From positions 128,001 to 192,000 of the forward strand of contig CAVTBU010000010.1 of NCBI GenBank assembly GCA_963733035.1: DNA of 64,000 nucleotides, written 5' to 3'. The position numbers and the translations under genes are program-made. Source of the stretch: Pirellulales bacterium (GTDB lineage: Bacteria; Planctomycetota; Planctomycetia; Pirellulales; PALSA-1355). Below, in pieces: positions 52,132 to 62,640 of the stretch (position 1 is its first letter; every line of letters begins with the position of its first letter). The notes beneath the pieces were generated by a model. The model saw only the letters and a list, made by a program, of their open reading frames with translations. It was not told the origin of the DNA and searched no databases.

Positions 52132-53646
52132 ATGGCCACTCGCAAATTCATCGACCTGGACGAAGCCGCCAAGATGTTGGGTGTCTCCACCGACACGGTG
52201 ACCGAGATGCGCGATCGCGGCAAGATCCACGGTTATCGCGACGGCGCAAGCTGGAAATTCAAGCCCGAGGAAATCGAACGAGCGATTGCCGAACGTGAAG
52301 CGGCCGAAGAAGAAGGCGAGTTTGCCGAGGTGGATGAAGACCCCGATTCGATCCTGCTTAGCGAAGTCGAATTGGGCCAGTCCGACGAAAGTACTTCCAG
52401 CACGATCATCGGCGGCAAGAGCAGCCGTGATTCGGCCGATAGCGACATTCAATTGGCGGCACCCAAAAGCGATAGCAGCGTCGATCTCGATTCGGCGCTG
52501 ACGCTCGACCCCAGCACCGGTTCTGACGTGCTGGGCGGATCGGAGATTGGCGTTGGCTCAAGTGCCTCTGGGTCGGGATCGGGGGCGGAATCGGGATCAG
52601 GCGTGAGCCCGATGTTCGATGAACTCGATACGCTCGACCTGGATCTGCCCACGGCGGCGGATAGCGGCATTTCGTCCAAGATCTTTAGCGACGTCGTGGG
52701 TGGCTCCGATGTGGGGACCAGCAAGACCGTGATGGGCTCGGGCGCGCCGGCGGCCGAAGGTTCGGGATTGGGTTTGGCGAACGAAGACGAGCTCGCGCTC
52801 GGCGAAGCGGAGAGCAACGAGGGCAACGAAGGCGGTGTGGGTGGTGACGAGCTGGGTGGCGATGGTGATGACGATATTCTGCTGGACGTCGATTCGGGCG
52901 GTTCGGCAATCGATTTGGCCGAAGACATTGACGACGACCTGGTGCTCGGTGGCAGTTCGCACGGCGACTTGTCGAAGACCGGCGACAGCGGCATTTCGCT
53001 GCTCGATCCGGCCGACAGCGGTCTGTCGCTCGAATCGCCCCCCCTGGAATTGGGTGGTTCGGCTGTCGAGTCGCTCGACTTGGGCGTCGACGAAGACATG
53101 CTGCTGACCGAAGATGAAGCGGCGGAGGTCGAGGAGGGGAGCGAGGTAGCGGCGGACGAGCAATCGGACGACGACTTCTTGCTCACCCCGCTTGAGGAAG
53201 CAAGCGCCGAGGAGTCGGATAGCGGTTCGCAGGTCATCGCGCTCGATGACGACGTTGAGTTTGAAGATGCCGGCGGCGGTGTTGGACTCGAGGACGCCGG
53301 CGGACTTGGGGGCGAACTCGAAACGGGCGGCGGTTTGCTCGAAGACGATTTGGGCGAAGGACTGGGTGGTGGCGGATTGGGTGCCGCCGCTTTAGAGCCC
53401 GCTCCCATGCAGGGTGTGGCGGCTGCCGCGGCCACGTCAACGACGGCCGCGGCCCCCGGACCGGCCGCGGCCCCGGAAGCTCCCTTTAGCGGATGGAATG
53501 TGGCCAGCCTGGCGGTCTGCTCGGTGATGTTGTTGCTGTGTGGCATGTTCGCCTTCGACCTGCTGCGAAACATGTGGAGTTGGAACGAGGCCTACAGTGT
53601 CAATAGCAGCATGATGGACATGGTATTGAGCTGGTTTGAAGGCTAG
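52132..53646 (+). CDS. Excisionase-like HTH protein with long acidic linker and C-terminal TM
   Basis: LDEAAKMLGVS...RDGASWKF HTH; D/E/S/G-rich middle; hydrophobic C-terminal helix. Confidence 0.8.
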   Translation: MATRKFIDLDEAAKMLGVSTDTVTEMRDRGKIHGYRDGASWKFKPEEIERAIAEREAAEEEGEFAEVDEDPDSILLSEVELGQSDESTSSTIIGGKSSRDSADSDIQLAAPKSDSSVDLDSALTLDPSTGSDVLGGSEIGVGSSASGSGSGAESGSGVSPMFDELDTLDLDLPTAADSGISSKIFSDVVGGSDVGTSKTVMGSGAPAAEGSGLGLANEDELALGEAESNEGNEGGVGGDELGGDGDDDILLDVDSGGSAIDLAEDIDDDLVLGGSSHGDLSKTGDSGISLLDPADSGLSLESPPLELGGSAVESLDLGVDEDMLLTEDEAAEVEEGSEVAADEQSDDDFLLTPLEEASAEESDSGSQVIALDDDVEFEDAGGGVGLEDAGGLGGELETGGGLLEDDLGEGLGGGGLGAAALEPAPMQGVAAAAATSTTAAAPGPAAAPEAPFSGWNVASLAVCSVMLLLCGMFAFDLLRNMWSWNEAYSVNSSMMDMVLSWFEG

Positions 53647-53727
53647 TTGATGTCCTCGCAATCGCGATACAAAAGCTAAATCGACCAGACACGTTGATTC
53701 CGTGCTGATTCGAAAGGAGTCGAATCG

Positions 53728-54495
53728 ATGCTCGAATCCCTTAATCGCAAGATGCCCGAGTGCCTGGCCACGCTGGTCGCTGTGGCCTTGCTGACTGCCT
53801 GTGGTTGCCAGACAGATGGCAAAGTCGCCAATCTGCAATCGCAGAACCGCGTGCTCACCGAGCAGACGCGCGCGCAACTCGCCGAGATTGAGAATCTCAA
53901 GATCCATAATCGCCGCGTCGAGGACGAATTGATCCAGGCCGAGCAGGAGTTGGCTCAGCTCGATCGGCGTTCGCGGCAGCACCTGGCCGGTTCGGGCATG
54001 CCCGCCAGCATCAGCGGCCGGCTGGCGGCCTTGGCGGAACGCTACCCGAGCCTGCACTTCGATCCCCGCACCGGAATCAGCAAGCTTGACAGCGATGTGC
54101 TGTTCGACTCTGGGGATGCCTCGCTCAAACCGGGCGCGGATCAGGTGCTCAATGAGATTGCCGAGATCTTCACGTCCGGTGACGGTCGCGAGTTCAAGCT
54201 GATGGTTGTGGGGCACGCCGACGATCAGGCGATCAAGGGGCGCGAGCTGCGCGAGCAATATCCGAGCAACTGGCATTTGAGCGCCGGCCGGGCCTTGAGC
54301 GTGGCCGACTGGCTCCGTCACGCGGGCGTGCCGGAATCGCGGATGGGCGTCGCGGGATTTGGCGAGTACCAACCGATCGCCAGCAACGACTCCGACGATA
54401 CGCGGAGTCGCAACCGCCGCGTGGAGATCTACGTGCTCGGGCCCGAGACGCCGGTCGTGGGCTGGGCGGACACATCCGGCAGCTTCTATCGGTAG
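53728..54495 (+). CDS. OmpA/MotB-type peptidoglycan-binding lipoprotein
   Basis: LTACGC lipobox, DVLFDSG, GHAD, SNWHLSAGRA, GFGEYQP, NRRVEI. Confidence 0.88.
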   Translation: MLESLNRKMPECLATLVAVALLTACGCQTDGKVANLQSQNRVLTEQTRAQLAEIENLKIHNRRVEDELIQAEQELAQLDRRSRQHLAGSGMPASISGRLAALAERYPSLHFDPRTGISKLDSDVLFDSGDASLKPGADQVLNEIAEIFTSGDGREFKLMVVGHADDQAIKGRELREQYPSNWHLSAGRALSVADWLRHAGVPESRMGVAGFGEYQPIASNDSDDTRSRNRRVEIYVLGPETPVVGWADTSGSFYR

Positions 54496-54782
54496 GGGCT
54501 TGGCTGATCCGGCGATGAAATCCTCGGCTGCGACACGACTTGCGCCGGGCGGTTGTACTTTTTCGCCGCTTGGCGACTATAATCCACTGTGTGGGAAGCT
54601 GGTGGTACCCCCGCAGTTTTCGGAGATTGCCTCGTAACCTGCCTGAGGCAATTTATCCAGTGCGTCCTCTTCCCTCGCCCCGACGCCCTTTTGGGGCGGA
54701 TCCCGTTGCGTCAAACTGTTTCACATTGTTCCCGCGTGGACCGGCGAGCCCGAGTTCGCTTCAACCGACGGTGCGATTGCTC

Positions 54783-55457
54783 ATGTTGTTTCGCGAACGA
54801 GGTCTCCTACTCGTCGGCATCTTGACAGTCGTCGCCCTGGCCGGCTGTGGTGACCGGCCTCCGATTAAGACTTACACGGTCAACAAGCCCGCACCGCTCA
54901 AGCCGATTCGGAATCCGCACGACGCTGGGCTGCCGATGACGCCTCCGGGACAGGTCGAGACGCCGCCGACCGGTGAACCGACCGACCGCACCTTAGCGGC
55001 CATCGTGCCGCTGACGCCGCAAGGGTGGTTCTTCAAGCTCAGCGGCCCGATCGACGCCGTCGCGGCGCAAGAAGACGCCTTCAACGCCTTTCTCAAGACG
55101 GTCAAGTTCACGGGTGGCAAGCCCGAGTGGACGCTTCCCGAGGGATGGGAGGCGCGGCCCGGCAACGCGTTTCGCTATGCGACGCTCGTCATTCCCAGCG
55201 AAGGAAAGCCGCTGGAGTTGACTGTCTCGGCCTTGCCCAACACGGGCGAGGACGACGAGAGCTATGTGCTGGTGAACGTCAATCGCTGGCGCGGCCAACT
55301 GCGGATGCCGTCGATCACGGCCCAGCAGCTTCCGACGGAAACCACGACCATCGACGTGGGTGGCACGCCATCGACGCTGGTCAATCTCGCCGGACACGCC
55401 GCCCCGAACAGCATGGGCCGACCGCCTTTCTTCTCTGGAGCAACCGATGGCAACTGA
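54783..55457 (+). CDS. Hypothetical lipoprotein coupled to the cytochrome c synthase gene
   Basis: LAGC lipobox, WFFKL, NVNRWRGQL; overlaps the next start. Confidence 0.75.
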   Translation: MLFRERGLLLVGILTVVALAGCGDRPPIKTYTVNKPAPLKPIRNPHDAGLPMTPPGQVETPPTGEPTDRTLAAIVPLTPQGWFFKLSGPIDAVAAQEDAFNAFLKTVKFTGGKPEWTLPEGWEARPGNAFRYATLVIPSEGKPLELTVSALPNTGEDDESYVLVNVNRWRGQLRMPSITAQQLPTETTTIDVGGTPSTLVNLAGHAAPNSMGRPPFFSGATDGN

Positions 55458-58400
55458 TGCCCCCATGCAGGAAACGCTGAGTACCCGCGACGTCGACGAG
55501 CAATTGGCGGCGTATCGCGTGCGCACCATCGCGCACGACGTGCCGCTGTTGCGGTGGCTGATGCCGCTGGCGTCGCTGAAGTTGACCGTCGTGCTGATGA
55601 TGGCTGCCATCTTCTTGGTCTTTGCCGGCACGATGGCGCAGGTCGACATCGACATCGAACAGGTCAAGAAACTATTCTTCCGCACACCGCTGGCGTGGAT
55701 CGATCTGCAGATCTTCTTTCCACAGTCGTTCACCGGCACCCGGTGGAATGTGCCGGGTGGTTTCTACTTTCCCGGCGGCTGGTTGATTGGCGGGGCCATG
55801 GGCGTCAACCTGCTGGCCGCGCATGCGCTGCGTTTCAAGATACAGGCCAAGGGCGCTCGGTTGATTGCCGGTTTGGCCGTCATTGCCCTGGGATGCATGC
55901 TGACCTGGGTTGTGGTGGTTGGCGGTTCGGGAAAGGACACCATTGAATCGGCCGAGCAGTTGGAGTGGTCGACGCTGTGGACCGCGATGAAGTGGACGCT
56001 GGTTGTCTTGTGGGGGGCCGCCGGCTTCACACTCTGGCAGCTCGACCGTTCGCGAAAGCTTGAGCGCTGGCTATTGGTGGGCTTCGAAATCGTACTGGGC
56101 GCGCTTGTGCTGTTTTTGTTCACGATGGGCGATCAGGCCTCGCTCGGCGATTCGTCGATGAGAATCCTTTGGCAATTGATCAAGGGTGGCCTGGCGGGGC
56201 TGGTTTTGCTGGCCGGCTGCGTCTTCGTGTTTCGTAAGCGGGCGGGCATCGTGCTGCTGCACGGCGGCATCGCGCTGGTGATGGCCAACGAGCTGGTTGT
56301 GCACAATCTGCATAGCGAGTCGCAGATGCAACTCACCGAAGGGCAGACGGTGGATTACGCCTACGACATTCGCGAGATCGAATTGGCGGTGGTCGATCCC
56401 TCGGATCCCAAAAGCGACCAGGTGGTGGCCGTGCCGCAGTGGATGATCGAAGAGCGGCCGACGATTCGCGACGAGGCATTGCCGTTCGACATTGAGGTAG
56501 TGAAGTACCTGAAGAACTCGGCGCTGGTCCGTCCAAAGGAGGGAGATAAAAACCCGGCCACCCAGGGTGTGGGCCTTGAAATCGAGGCAGAACCGCGCCC
56601 TGCCGGCACGGGCACCGACGCCGGCGGCAAGGTCGATATGAGTGCCGCTTATGTCAAGCTGCTGAAGAAGGGGAGCAAGGATGCGCTGGGCACCTACCTG
56701 GTGGGCATTGGCGTGCCGGATCAGAAAGTCGAAGTCGGCGACAAGGCGTACGAACTCGCGATGCGCTTCCGGCGCGAATACAAGCCGTACTCAGTCACCC
56801 TCGACGATGTGCGAGCCGACATGTATCTGGGCACCAACACTCCCAAAAACTACTCCTCCGACATTCGCCTGGTCGACAAGTCGAAAAACGTCGATCGCGA
56901 CGTCCACATCTGGATGAACAACCCGCTCCGCTACGAGGGCGAGACGTTTTATCAGACGTCGTACGATCCGGGCAGCGGCGGTCGCGAGATTACGGTCTTG
57001 TCCGTGGTGAGGAATACCGGCTGGATGATTCCTTATGTGGCCTGCATGCTGGTCGGTACGGGCATGCTCGCGCACTTCTCCATTGCGCTGATGCGTTTCA
57101 TGCGCCGCCGCGATCAGCAGGACATGGCCGCCATCGTGCGCTCGTCGCGCAAGCGGAACGCCGCCGCGGCCGGTCCGAGTCTGATCGGTCAACTGGTGCC
57201 TCTCGCCGTCGTGGGAGTGATTGGGCTGAGCGTGATCTCAATGGCGTGGCCTCGCCCGCTCCCCACCACGCAGATGAAGCTCGATGAGTTCGGCCGCCTG
57301 CCGGTCGTGTACGACGGTCGCGTGAAGCCGCTCGATTCGCTGGCCCGCGGCACGCTCAAGAACCTTTCCGGCCGCGAGACATTTAAGGACGCCTCGGGCA
57401 AGAAGCAGCCGGCGATCAAATGGTTTGTCGACACGATTGCCGACCCGGCCGAGGCGCGCAAGGATCCGGTGATTCAGATTTACAATCTGGACTTGCTGGA
57501 GACGCTGGGGCTCAAGCGACGGGAGGGCTTTCGCTATTCGATCGACGAATTTGCCAGCAAACTACCCGAGATAAGCAAGCAGGCCCAGCAGGCCTCGCAG
57601 CTCGATCCGTCGGAACTGACGATCTACCAAAAGAAACTCCTGGAGCTGGTCCGCAAGCTGGAAACCGTGCGGCGATTTGAGTTGTCGTTTGAGCCGCTGC
57701 AAATCCGCAAGGAGCACATCAAGGAGGATCTGACCGCAACGGTTCAACAGCTGCAAGGGCTTGCGCAAATGTCGCTGCCGCTTGTCGTGCCGCCAACCGC
57801 GGCCGGGCAGCCGTGGGACTTCTTTGCCTCGGGCGAGTTCGAGAACTTCAAAAGCAAGGTTCTGGGCAAGGAGCCGAACCCGGCCACGATGGCGCTCGAC
57901 CGGATCCTGGCCGCGTATGCCGCCGGCGATACGGAGAAATTCAACGGCGAACTGGCACGGTATCAATCGTGGCTCGCGAAGGACGGTCCGGCCGACTACA
58001 ACGAACAGCGAGTGAGCTTTGAGGAGTTTTACAACGCCTTTTCGCCGCTGTTTTGGGCCTGCTTTTTGTATCTGGCCGCCTTCGTGCTGGCCGCGCTAGG
58101 GTGGTTGGGTTGGACCGCGCCGCTCAATCGCACGTCGTACTGGATGATCCTGCTGGCCTACGGGCTGCACACGTTCGGGCTGATCGCACGGATTTATATA
58201 TCCGGCCGGCCGCCGGTGACGAACCTTTATTCCTCGGCGGTGTTCATCGCTTGGGGAGGCGTGGCGTTGGGGCTCGTGCTGGAACGGATTTATCGCCTGG
58301 GCATCGGCAATGTCGTCGCGTCGGTTGCCGGGTTTCTGGGGCTGTCGGTCGCCATTTTTGGCTTGGACGATGGCAGCGACACGCTCGGCGTGATGCAGGC

Positions 58401-58959
58401 CGTGCTCGATACGCAGTTCTGGCTGGCAACGCACGTGGTGTGCATTACGCTCGGCTATGCCACGACGTTCATCGCCGGCTTGCTGGGTATTGTGTATATC
58501 TTGCGCGGCGTACTGACGCCCAGCTTGACGCCGGAGGTCGGCAAGGACCTCAGCCGCATGATCTACGGCGTGCTCTGCTTTGCTATCTTCTTCAGCTTCG
58601 TCGGCACGGTGCTTGGCGGGCTGTGGGCCGACGATTCCTGGGGCCGCTTCTGGGGTTGGGACCCCAAGGAGAATGGTGCCCTGATGATCGTGCTTTGGAA
58701 CGCCTTGGTGCTGCATGCCCGCTGGGGCGGCATGGTCAAGGAACGTGGCCTGGCGGCCCTGGCCGTGGCCGGGAACATCGTGGTCGGCTGGTCGTACTTT
58801 GGCGTCAACGAGTTGGGTGTCGGCTTGCACTCCTACGGCTTCACCGAGGGCGTGCTGCTGATGCTGGGCCTGTTTATCGCCACGCAGCTGGGGATCATCG
58901 CGCTGGCAATGGTGCCGAAGAACCGCTGGTGGAGCTCGCGGGTGGGCCCTGCCGTCTAG
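55447..58959 (+). CDS. ccsA: System II cytochrome c biogenesis protein, ResB/CcsB-CcsA fusion
   Basis: LASLKLTV, NNPLRY..FYQ ResB motifs; WADDSWGRFWGWDPKE WWD domain, GLHSY. Confidence 0.9.
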   Translation: MATDAPMQETLSTRDVDEQLAAYRVRTIAHDVPLLRWLMPLASLKLTVVLMMAAIFLVFAGTMAQVDIDIEQVKKLFFRTPLAWIDLQIFFPQSFTGTRWNVPGGFYFPGGWLIGGAMGVNLLAAHALRFKIQAKGARLIAGLAVIALGCMLTWVVVVGGSGKDTIESAEQLEWSTLWTAMKWTLVVLWGAAGFTLWQLDRSRKLERWLLVGFEIVLGALVLFLFTMGDQASLGDSSMRILWQLIKGGLAGLVLLAGCVFVFRKRAGIVLLHGGIALVMANELVVHNLHSESQMQLTEGQTVDYAYDIREIELAVVDPSDPKSDQVVAVPQWMIEERPTIRDEALPFDIEVVKYLKNSALVRPKEGDKNPATQGVGLEIEAEPRPAGTGTDAGGKVDMSAAYVKLLKKGSKDALGTYLVGIGVPDQKVEVGDKAYELAMRFRREYKPYSVTLDDVRADMYLGTNTPKNYSSDIRLVDKSKNVDRDVHIWMNNPLRYEGETFYQTSYDPGSGGREITVLSVVRNTGWMIPYVACMLVGTGMLAHFSIALMRFMRRRDQQDMAAIVRSSRKRNAAAAGPSLIGQLVPLAVVGVIGLSVISMAWPRPLPTTQMKLDEFGRLPVVYDGRVKPLDSLARGTLKNLSGRETFKDASGKKQPAIKWFVDTIADPAEARKDPVIQIYNLDLLETLGLKRREGFRYSIDEFASKLPEISKQAQQASQLDPSELTIYQKKLLELVRKLETVRRFELSFEPLQIRKEHIKEDLTATVQQLQGLAQMSLPLVVPPTAAGQPWDFFASGEFENFKSKVLGKEPNPATMALDRILAAYAAGDTEKFNGELARYQSWLAKDGPADYNEQRVSFEEFYNAFSPLFWACFLYLAAFVLAALGWLGWTAPLNRTSYWMILLAYGLHTFGLIARIYISGRPPVTNLYSSAVFIAWGGVALGLVLERIYRLGIGNVVASVAGFLGLSVAIFGLDDGSDTLGVMQAVLDTQFWLATHVVCITLGYATTFIAGLLGIVYILRGVLTPSLTPEVGKDLSRMIYGVLCFAIFFSFVGTVLGGLWADDSWGRFWGWDPKENGALMIVLWNALVLHARWGGMVKERGLAALAVAGNIVVGWSYFGVNELGVGLHSYGFTEGVLLMLGLFIATQLGIIALAMVPKNRWWSSRVGPAV

Positions 58960-59045
58960 ACGCGATCTCGCGCGCCTTTTCCTGATACGCATTTCCACGA
59001 GTCGCAAGTATTTGCGGCGTTGTCAACGAATCTTTGCGCGCGCTC

Positions 59046-59080
59046 TTGCAATAATTTAGTGTATTGCTACACTAATACAC
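59046..59080 (+). promoter_or_regulatory. Sigma-70-like promoter overlapped by a YtrA-type operator
   Basis: TTGCAA-N16-TACACT; palindrome GTGTATT-N8-AATACAC ending immediately before the ATG. Confidence 0.7.
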
Positions 59081-59483
59081 ATGGCCGCCGACTTCCTATT
59101 TCAGGTGTTTCCCAACTCAGGTTTGCCGATCTACCGGCAAATCGTCGAACAGGTGCTGCGCCACGTCGTTAGCGGGCGCGTGAGAACCGGCGACTTCCTG
59201 CCTTCGGTACGGCAAGCGGCGCTGGAGTTGGAGGTCAACCCGATGACCGTTTCGAAGGCCTACTCGCTGCTCGAACGAGACGGCGTGGTGGAACTGGTGC
59301 GAGGGCAGGGGATGCGCGTTGCCCCGCGCCTGGCGCCCAGCGAGAACGGTTCGCTCCGCGAGCGGCAGGAAAAACTGATGCCGCTGCTGCGGCAGGTGGC
59401 AGCCGAGGCGTATCAGTTGCACCTTTCTGGCGCAAGTCAAATCGCTCATCGATCGCGTCCTCAAGGAGCTCGACGGACCATGA
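59081..59483 (+). CDS. GntR family regulator (YtrA subfamily), frameshift near 59428 fuses it to the ABC gene
   Basis: PIYRQIV, LPSVR, VNPMTVSKAY; alternate frame AQVKSLIDRVLKELDGP* ends in an ATGA overlap. Confidence 0.85.
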
Positions 59484-60367
59484 ACGCACATCAAAACGTC
59501 CTCGAACTGCGTGCCGTCTCGAAGCTCTACGGCCAGCGGCCCGTGCTCGACCGTCTGGACTTGGAGATTCCCACTGGCAGCGTTGTCGGCCTGCTTGGCA
59601 AGAATGGCGCTGGCAAGACGACGCTGCTGCGTTGTGCCTTGGGGCTGGCCAAACCGCAGCACGGCACCGTCACCATCCTGGGCGAAGCGGCCTGGACGCT
59701 CAGCGCCAGTGCCAAGCAACACATCGGCTACGTGCCGCAAACGCCGCAGCTGTATCCCTGGATGCCCGTGCGGCAAATCATCCAATACACCGGCTCGTTC
59801 TATCGCCGCTGGAATCCGGCGCTGGTACGCCGCCTGGTGGCCGAATGGCAGATCCCGCTTTCGCAACGCGCCGGCACACTCTCAGTCGGCGAGGCGCAAA
59901 AGTTGGCTCTGGTCTTGGCCCTGGGGCACGAGCCGGACTTTTTACTGTTGGACGAGCCGGTCGCCAGTCTGGATCCTTCCGCCCGGCGGGAGTTCTTGAA
60001 AGTCGTGCTCGACATCGCCGCGGGCGGCAACCGCAGCGTGTTGTTTTCGACGCACATCACGTCCGATTTGGAACGGGTAGCCGACCGCGTGGCGATTCTG
60101 CAAAACGGCAAGATCAGCTTCTTTGGCGAGCTGGGCGAGCTGAAGGACCAGATCAAGCGGCTGCGGCTGGTCTCCGCGAACACCTTCCCCGAGCGGTTTG
60201 ATCTGCCCGGCATCCTGCACCAGCGAATCGAAGGGAACCAGGCGATGGTCACCACGCGGCTGGTCACACCGGAATTGCTCGATCAGATCGAAGCCTCGTG
60301 GCACGCCACGGTCGAAGTGCAGGACTTGAACCTTGAGGAAATCTTCCTGGAGCTGCACGATGAATAG
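59480..60367 (+). CDS. ABC transporter ATP-binding protein
   Basis: GKNGAGKTT, LSVGE, LLLDEP, STH, NLEEIF. Confidence 0.93.
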   Translation: MNAHQNVLELRAVSKLYGQRPVLDRLDLEIPTGSVVGLLGKNGAGKTTLLRCALGLAKPQHGTVTILGEAAWTLSASAKQHIGYVPQTPQLYPWMPVRQIIQYTGSFYRRWNPALVRRLVAEWQIPLSQRAGTLSVGEAQKLALVLALGHEPDFLLLDEPVASLDPSARREFLKVVLDIAAGGNRSVLFSTHITSDLERVADRVAILQNGKISFFGELGELKDQIKRLRLVSANTFPERFDLPGILHQRIEGNQAMVTTRLVTPELLDQIEASWHATVEVQDLNLEEIFLELHDE

Positions 60368-61754
60368 GTATTGGCATGTATTGCAGACCTACCTGTGGCG
60401 GCCCCGATTCTGGGTGCTGGGTGCTCTGTACCTGTTGCTCGCCTGGGGGGCCTTGTGGACGATCATAGAAGCCGAAGAAGCTGATCTTTCGGATCGCACC
60501 ATCCTCCGCAATCAGGCGATTGTCTCCGCCGTGTATGCCTGCCTGGCCGGATGCTTTCTGGGGCTGCATGTTCGGCGGCAATTCAGCCATTCAAGTGCGC
60601 AACTGCTGCCCGGCTATGCAACGCCGCACCTTGTCGTGGCGGCACTGGTCGCCCAGTTGCTGTGGTTCATCCTGCCTAGCGTAGCGATCCTGCTCGATTT
60701 CTGGCCGCCCGGCGCATTGGCGTTGCATGCCTGCGGGGCACTCCTTATGTCCATTGTCATCTGCTGGCCCCGCGGACTGCTGTTGGTGGCGGCCGTTCCC
60801 GTGTTGTTGATTTGGGGAAGTCGCCGCATCGACCCGCACCAGCTTCCTCCCATGATTCGCCTGGCTGAAGGCGAAATGCCGCTATTTGCCGCGACTTTGG
60901 TCGCAGCGGCCGTTGTGGGTCAAATCGTTGCGGCCGTTGCGCTGCTGAGACTGCCGAGGAGTGGTGTCGCAACGAACGATGACTTGTCGATCGATTCCGC
61001 GGCCGCGGTTCAGGACCTCAACCTGGTAAGTCACTGGCTGCTCTCGCTGCGCGACGTCGCTTCTGAAAGGCTGATGGATTCCAAGCTGTCTGTATCCATT
61101 CAGCGATGGCGGGTGCCGATGGCCGTTTCTCCGGTGCACTTGGCACTGCCAGCGGTGGCGGTGCTTGTGGCAGCGCTCGTGGGTGCGCTGTTTGGCGATT
61201 GGATCACGTGGGGAAGCCTGGCGATCATGGTCACTTGCGCCGTGCTGCTATTGGTGCCGCTGAGTCCCTGGGACACACGGCGGCGGGCAATGGGACAGGA
61301 ACTGTTGCGACCGGTCACACGCCAGCGTTATTACCGCGAAGTTATCCTTTCGCTGGCGTTCGATACGACCCTATGGATGGCCGTGGCATCCGCGATCATT
61401 GTTGTGTCCGTGGCGATCGACGTTCTGACGACGCAGGAGTCTGATTTCGGGCTGCGGACCTGGATTCAGTTGGCCATTTTGCTGAGCATCTTGTGGAGCC
61501 TGGCGACTTTTGTTTTCGGGGCCGGTTTGTACACGCTGCGCTGGCCGATGCGGCTACCGATTGTCGCCGGGATCACAATGGTCTGGTTTTTTGGCGGCCT
61601 AGCGATTTACGTTCTCTCCGCTGATTGGTATTTCGGACCCAACCGGACGGACTTCCATTACTTCCTGTTGATATTTGTTCCGGCGACTTTCGCCACCGGG
61701 CTCTTTCTCGCGCGATCAACTTACCGCCGCTGGTTGCGCAGCGATGTCCCGTAG
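60360..61754 (+). CDS. Putative ABC exporter membrane subunit
   Basis: Many hydrophobic helices; overlaps the ATPase stop. Confidence 0.75.
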   Translation: MNRYWHVLQTYLWRPRFWVLGALYLLLAWGALWTIIEAEEADLSDRTILRNQAIVSAVYACLAGCFLGLHVRRQFSHSSAQLLPGYATPHLVVAALVAQLLWFILPSVAILLDFWPPGALALHACGALLMSIVICWPRGLLLVAAVPVLLIWGSRRIDPHQLPPMIRLAEGEMPLFAATLVAAAVVGQIVAAVALLRLPRSGVATNDDLSIDSAAAVQDLNLVSHWLLSLRDVASERLMDSKLSVSIQRWRVPMAVSPVHLALPAVAVLVAALVGALFGDWITWGSLAIMVTCAVLLLVPLSPWDTRRRAMGQELLRPVTRQRYYREVILSLAFDTTLWMAVASAIIVVSVAIDVLTTQESDFGLRTWIQLAILLSILWSLATFVFGAGLYTLRWPMRLPIVAGITMVWFFGGLAIYVLSADWYFGPNRTDFHYFLLIFVPATFATGLFLARSTYRRWLRSDVP

Positions 61755-61932
61755 CGCCGCCAGGCCGCGTATGCCCGCCGTCCGGGCCAATAAACTCTAC
61801 GCGATCGGTGCGATCGGCCTGTTCTGGCAATCGCCTTCCCAGGGCTTGGGGGGCTTGATCGCTTCTGGCAAGTTTCCGGGCTAGAATTGCGTGGTCCCGC
61901 ATGAACGCTTCCACCACCGGTCTGCCACTGCC

Positions 61933-62448
61933 ATGACCAATTCCGATTCGCGCGTCGCCGTCTATACCGGGTCGTTTGATCCGATCACGCTGGGGCATTT
62001 GAATGTCATCGAGCGGTCCAGCCGGCTGGTCGATCGGCTGATCGTCGGCATCGGCATCAATATCGAAAAGCAATCGCTGTTTACACCCGACGAACGACTG
62101 AAGTTGGTCGCCAGCACGATCGCGCATCTGAAGAACGTCGAGGTCCGCACATTCAGTGGCCTGGCCGTCTCGTTTTGCCGCGAATGTGGATCGCGGGTGT
62201 TGCTGCGCGGCGTCCGTTCGTTGGGCGACATCGAGAGCGAGTTCACCATGATCATGGCCAACCGCAAACTCGATCCGAACATCGAAACCGTGTTGCTGAT
62301 GGCCGACGAGCAGTATTCGCACATCTCCAGTTCGCTGATCAAGCAGATTGCCGCGATGGCGGGCGACGAGGAACTGAGCCGCTTCCTGCCCGGCGAAGTT
62401 GTGCGGGCGATTCGCAAGAAGATTACCGGCAACGGCAAGAAGGCCTAG
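61933..62448 (+). CDS. coaD: Pantetheine-phosphate adenylyltransferase
   Basis: YTGSFDPITLGH, RGVR, ISSSLIK. Confidence 0.96.
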   Translation: MTNSDSRVAVYTGSFDPITLGHLNVIERSSRLVDRLIVGIGINIEKQSLFTPDERLKLVASTIAHLKNVEVRTFSGLAVSFCRECGSRVLLRGVRSLGDIESEFTMIMANRKLDPNIETVLLMADEQYSHISSSLIKQIAAMAGDEELSRFLPGEVVRAIRKKITGNGKKA

Positions 62449-62602
62449 CAGCCAGTTGAAAAATGCCGTCGTGGCATTTTTCAACCTCGCCAAGTGCGAA
62501 GCAAAGCTCCGCACGGCTCGCAAAATAACGACTTAGGTCGCTATTTTGGCATCGCATCCATGCGATGACGCAGGCGCGTCGAATTCTTCAACAGCCTGCA
62601 AG
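62445..62602. mobile_element. 158-bp MITE-like element
   Basis: Imperfect TIRs CTAGCAGCCAGTTGAAAAAT / ATTCTTCAACAGCCTGCAAG; internal hairpins. Confidence 0.6.
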
Positions 62603-62640
62603 CGCGGGATCCACGGGCGGGCGTGACGCCCATGCGATGC

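Noticed and set aside
53728..54495. Flagellar MotB
   Set aside because: It has a lipoprotein signal, no TM Asp motif and no adjacent motA
59081..60367. Natural GntR-ABC ATPase fusion
   Set aside because: An alternate frame gives a normal GntR end with an ATGA overlap; probably an indel
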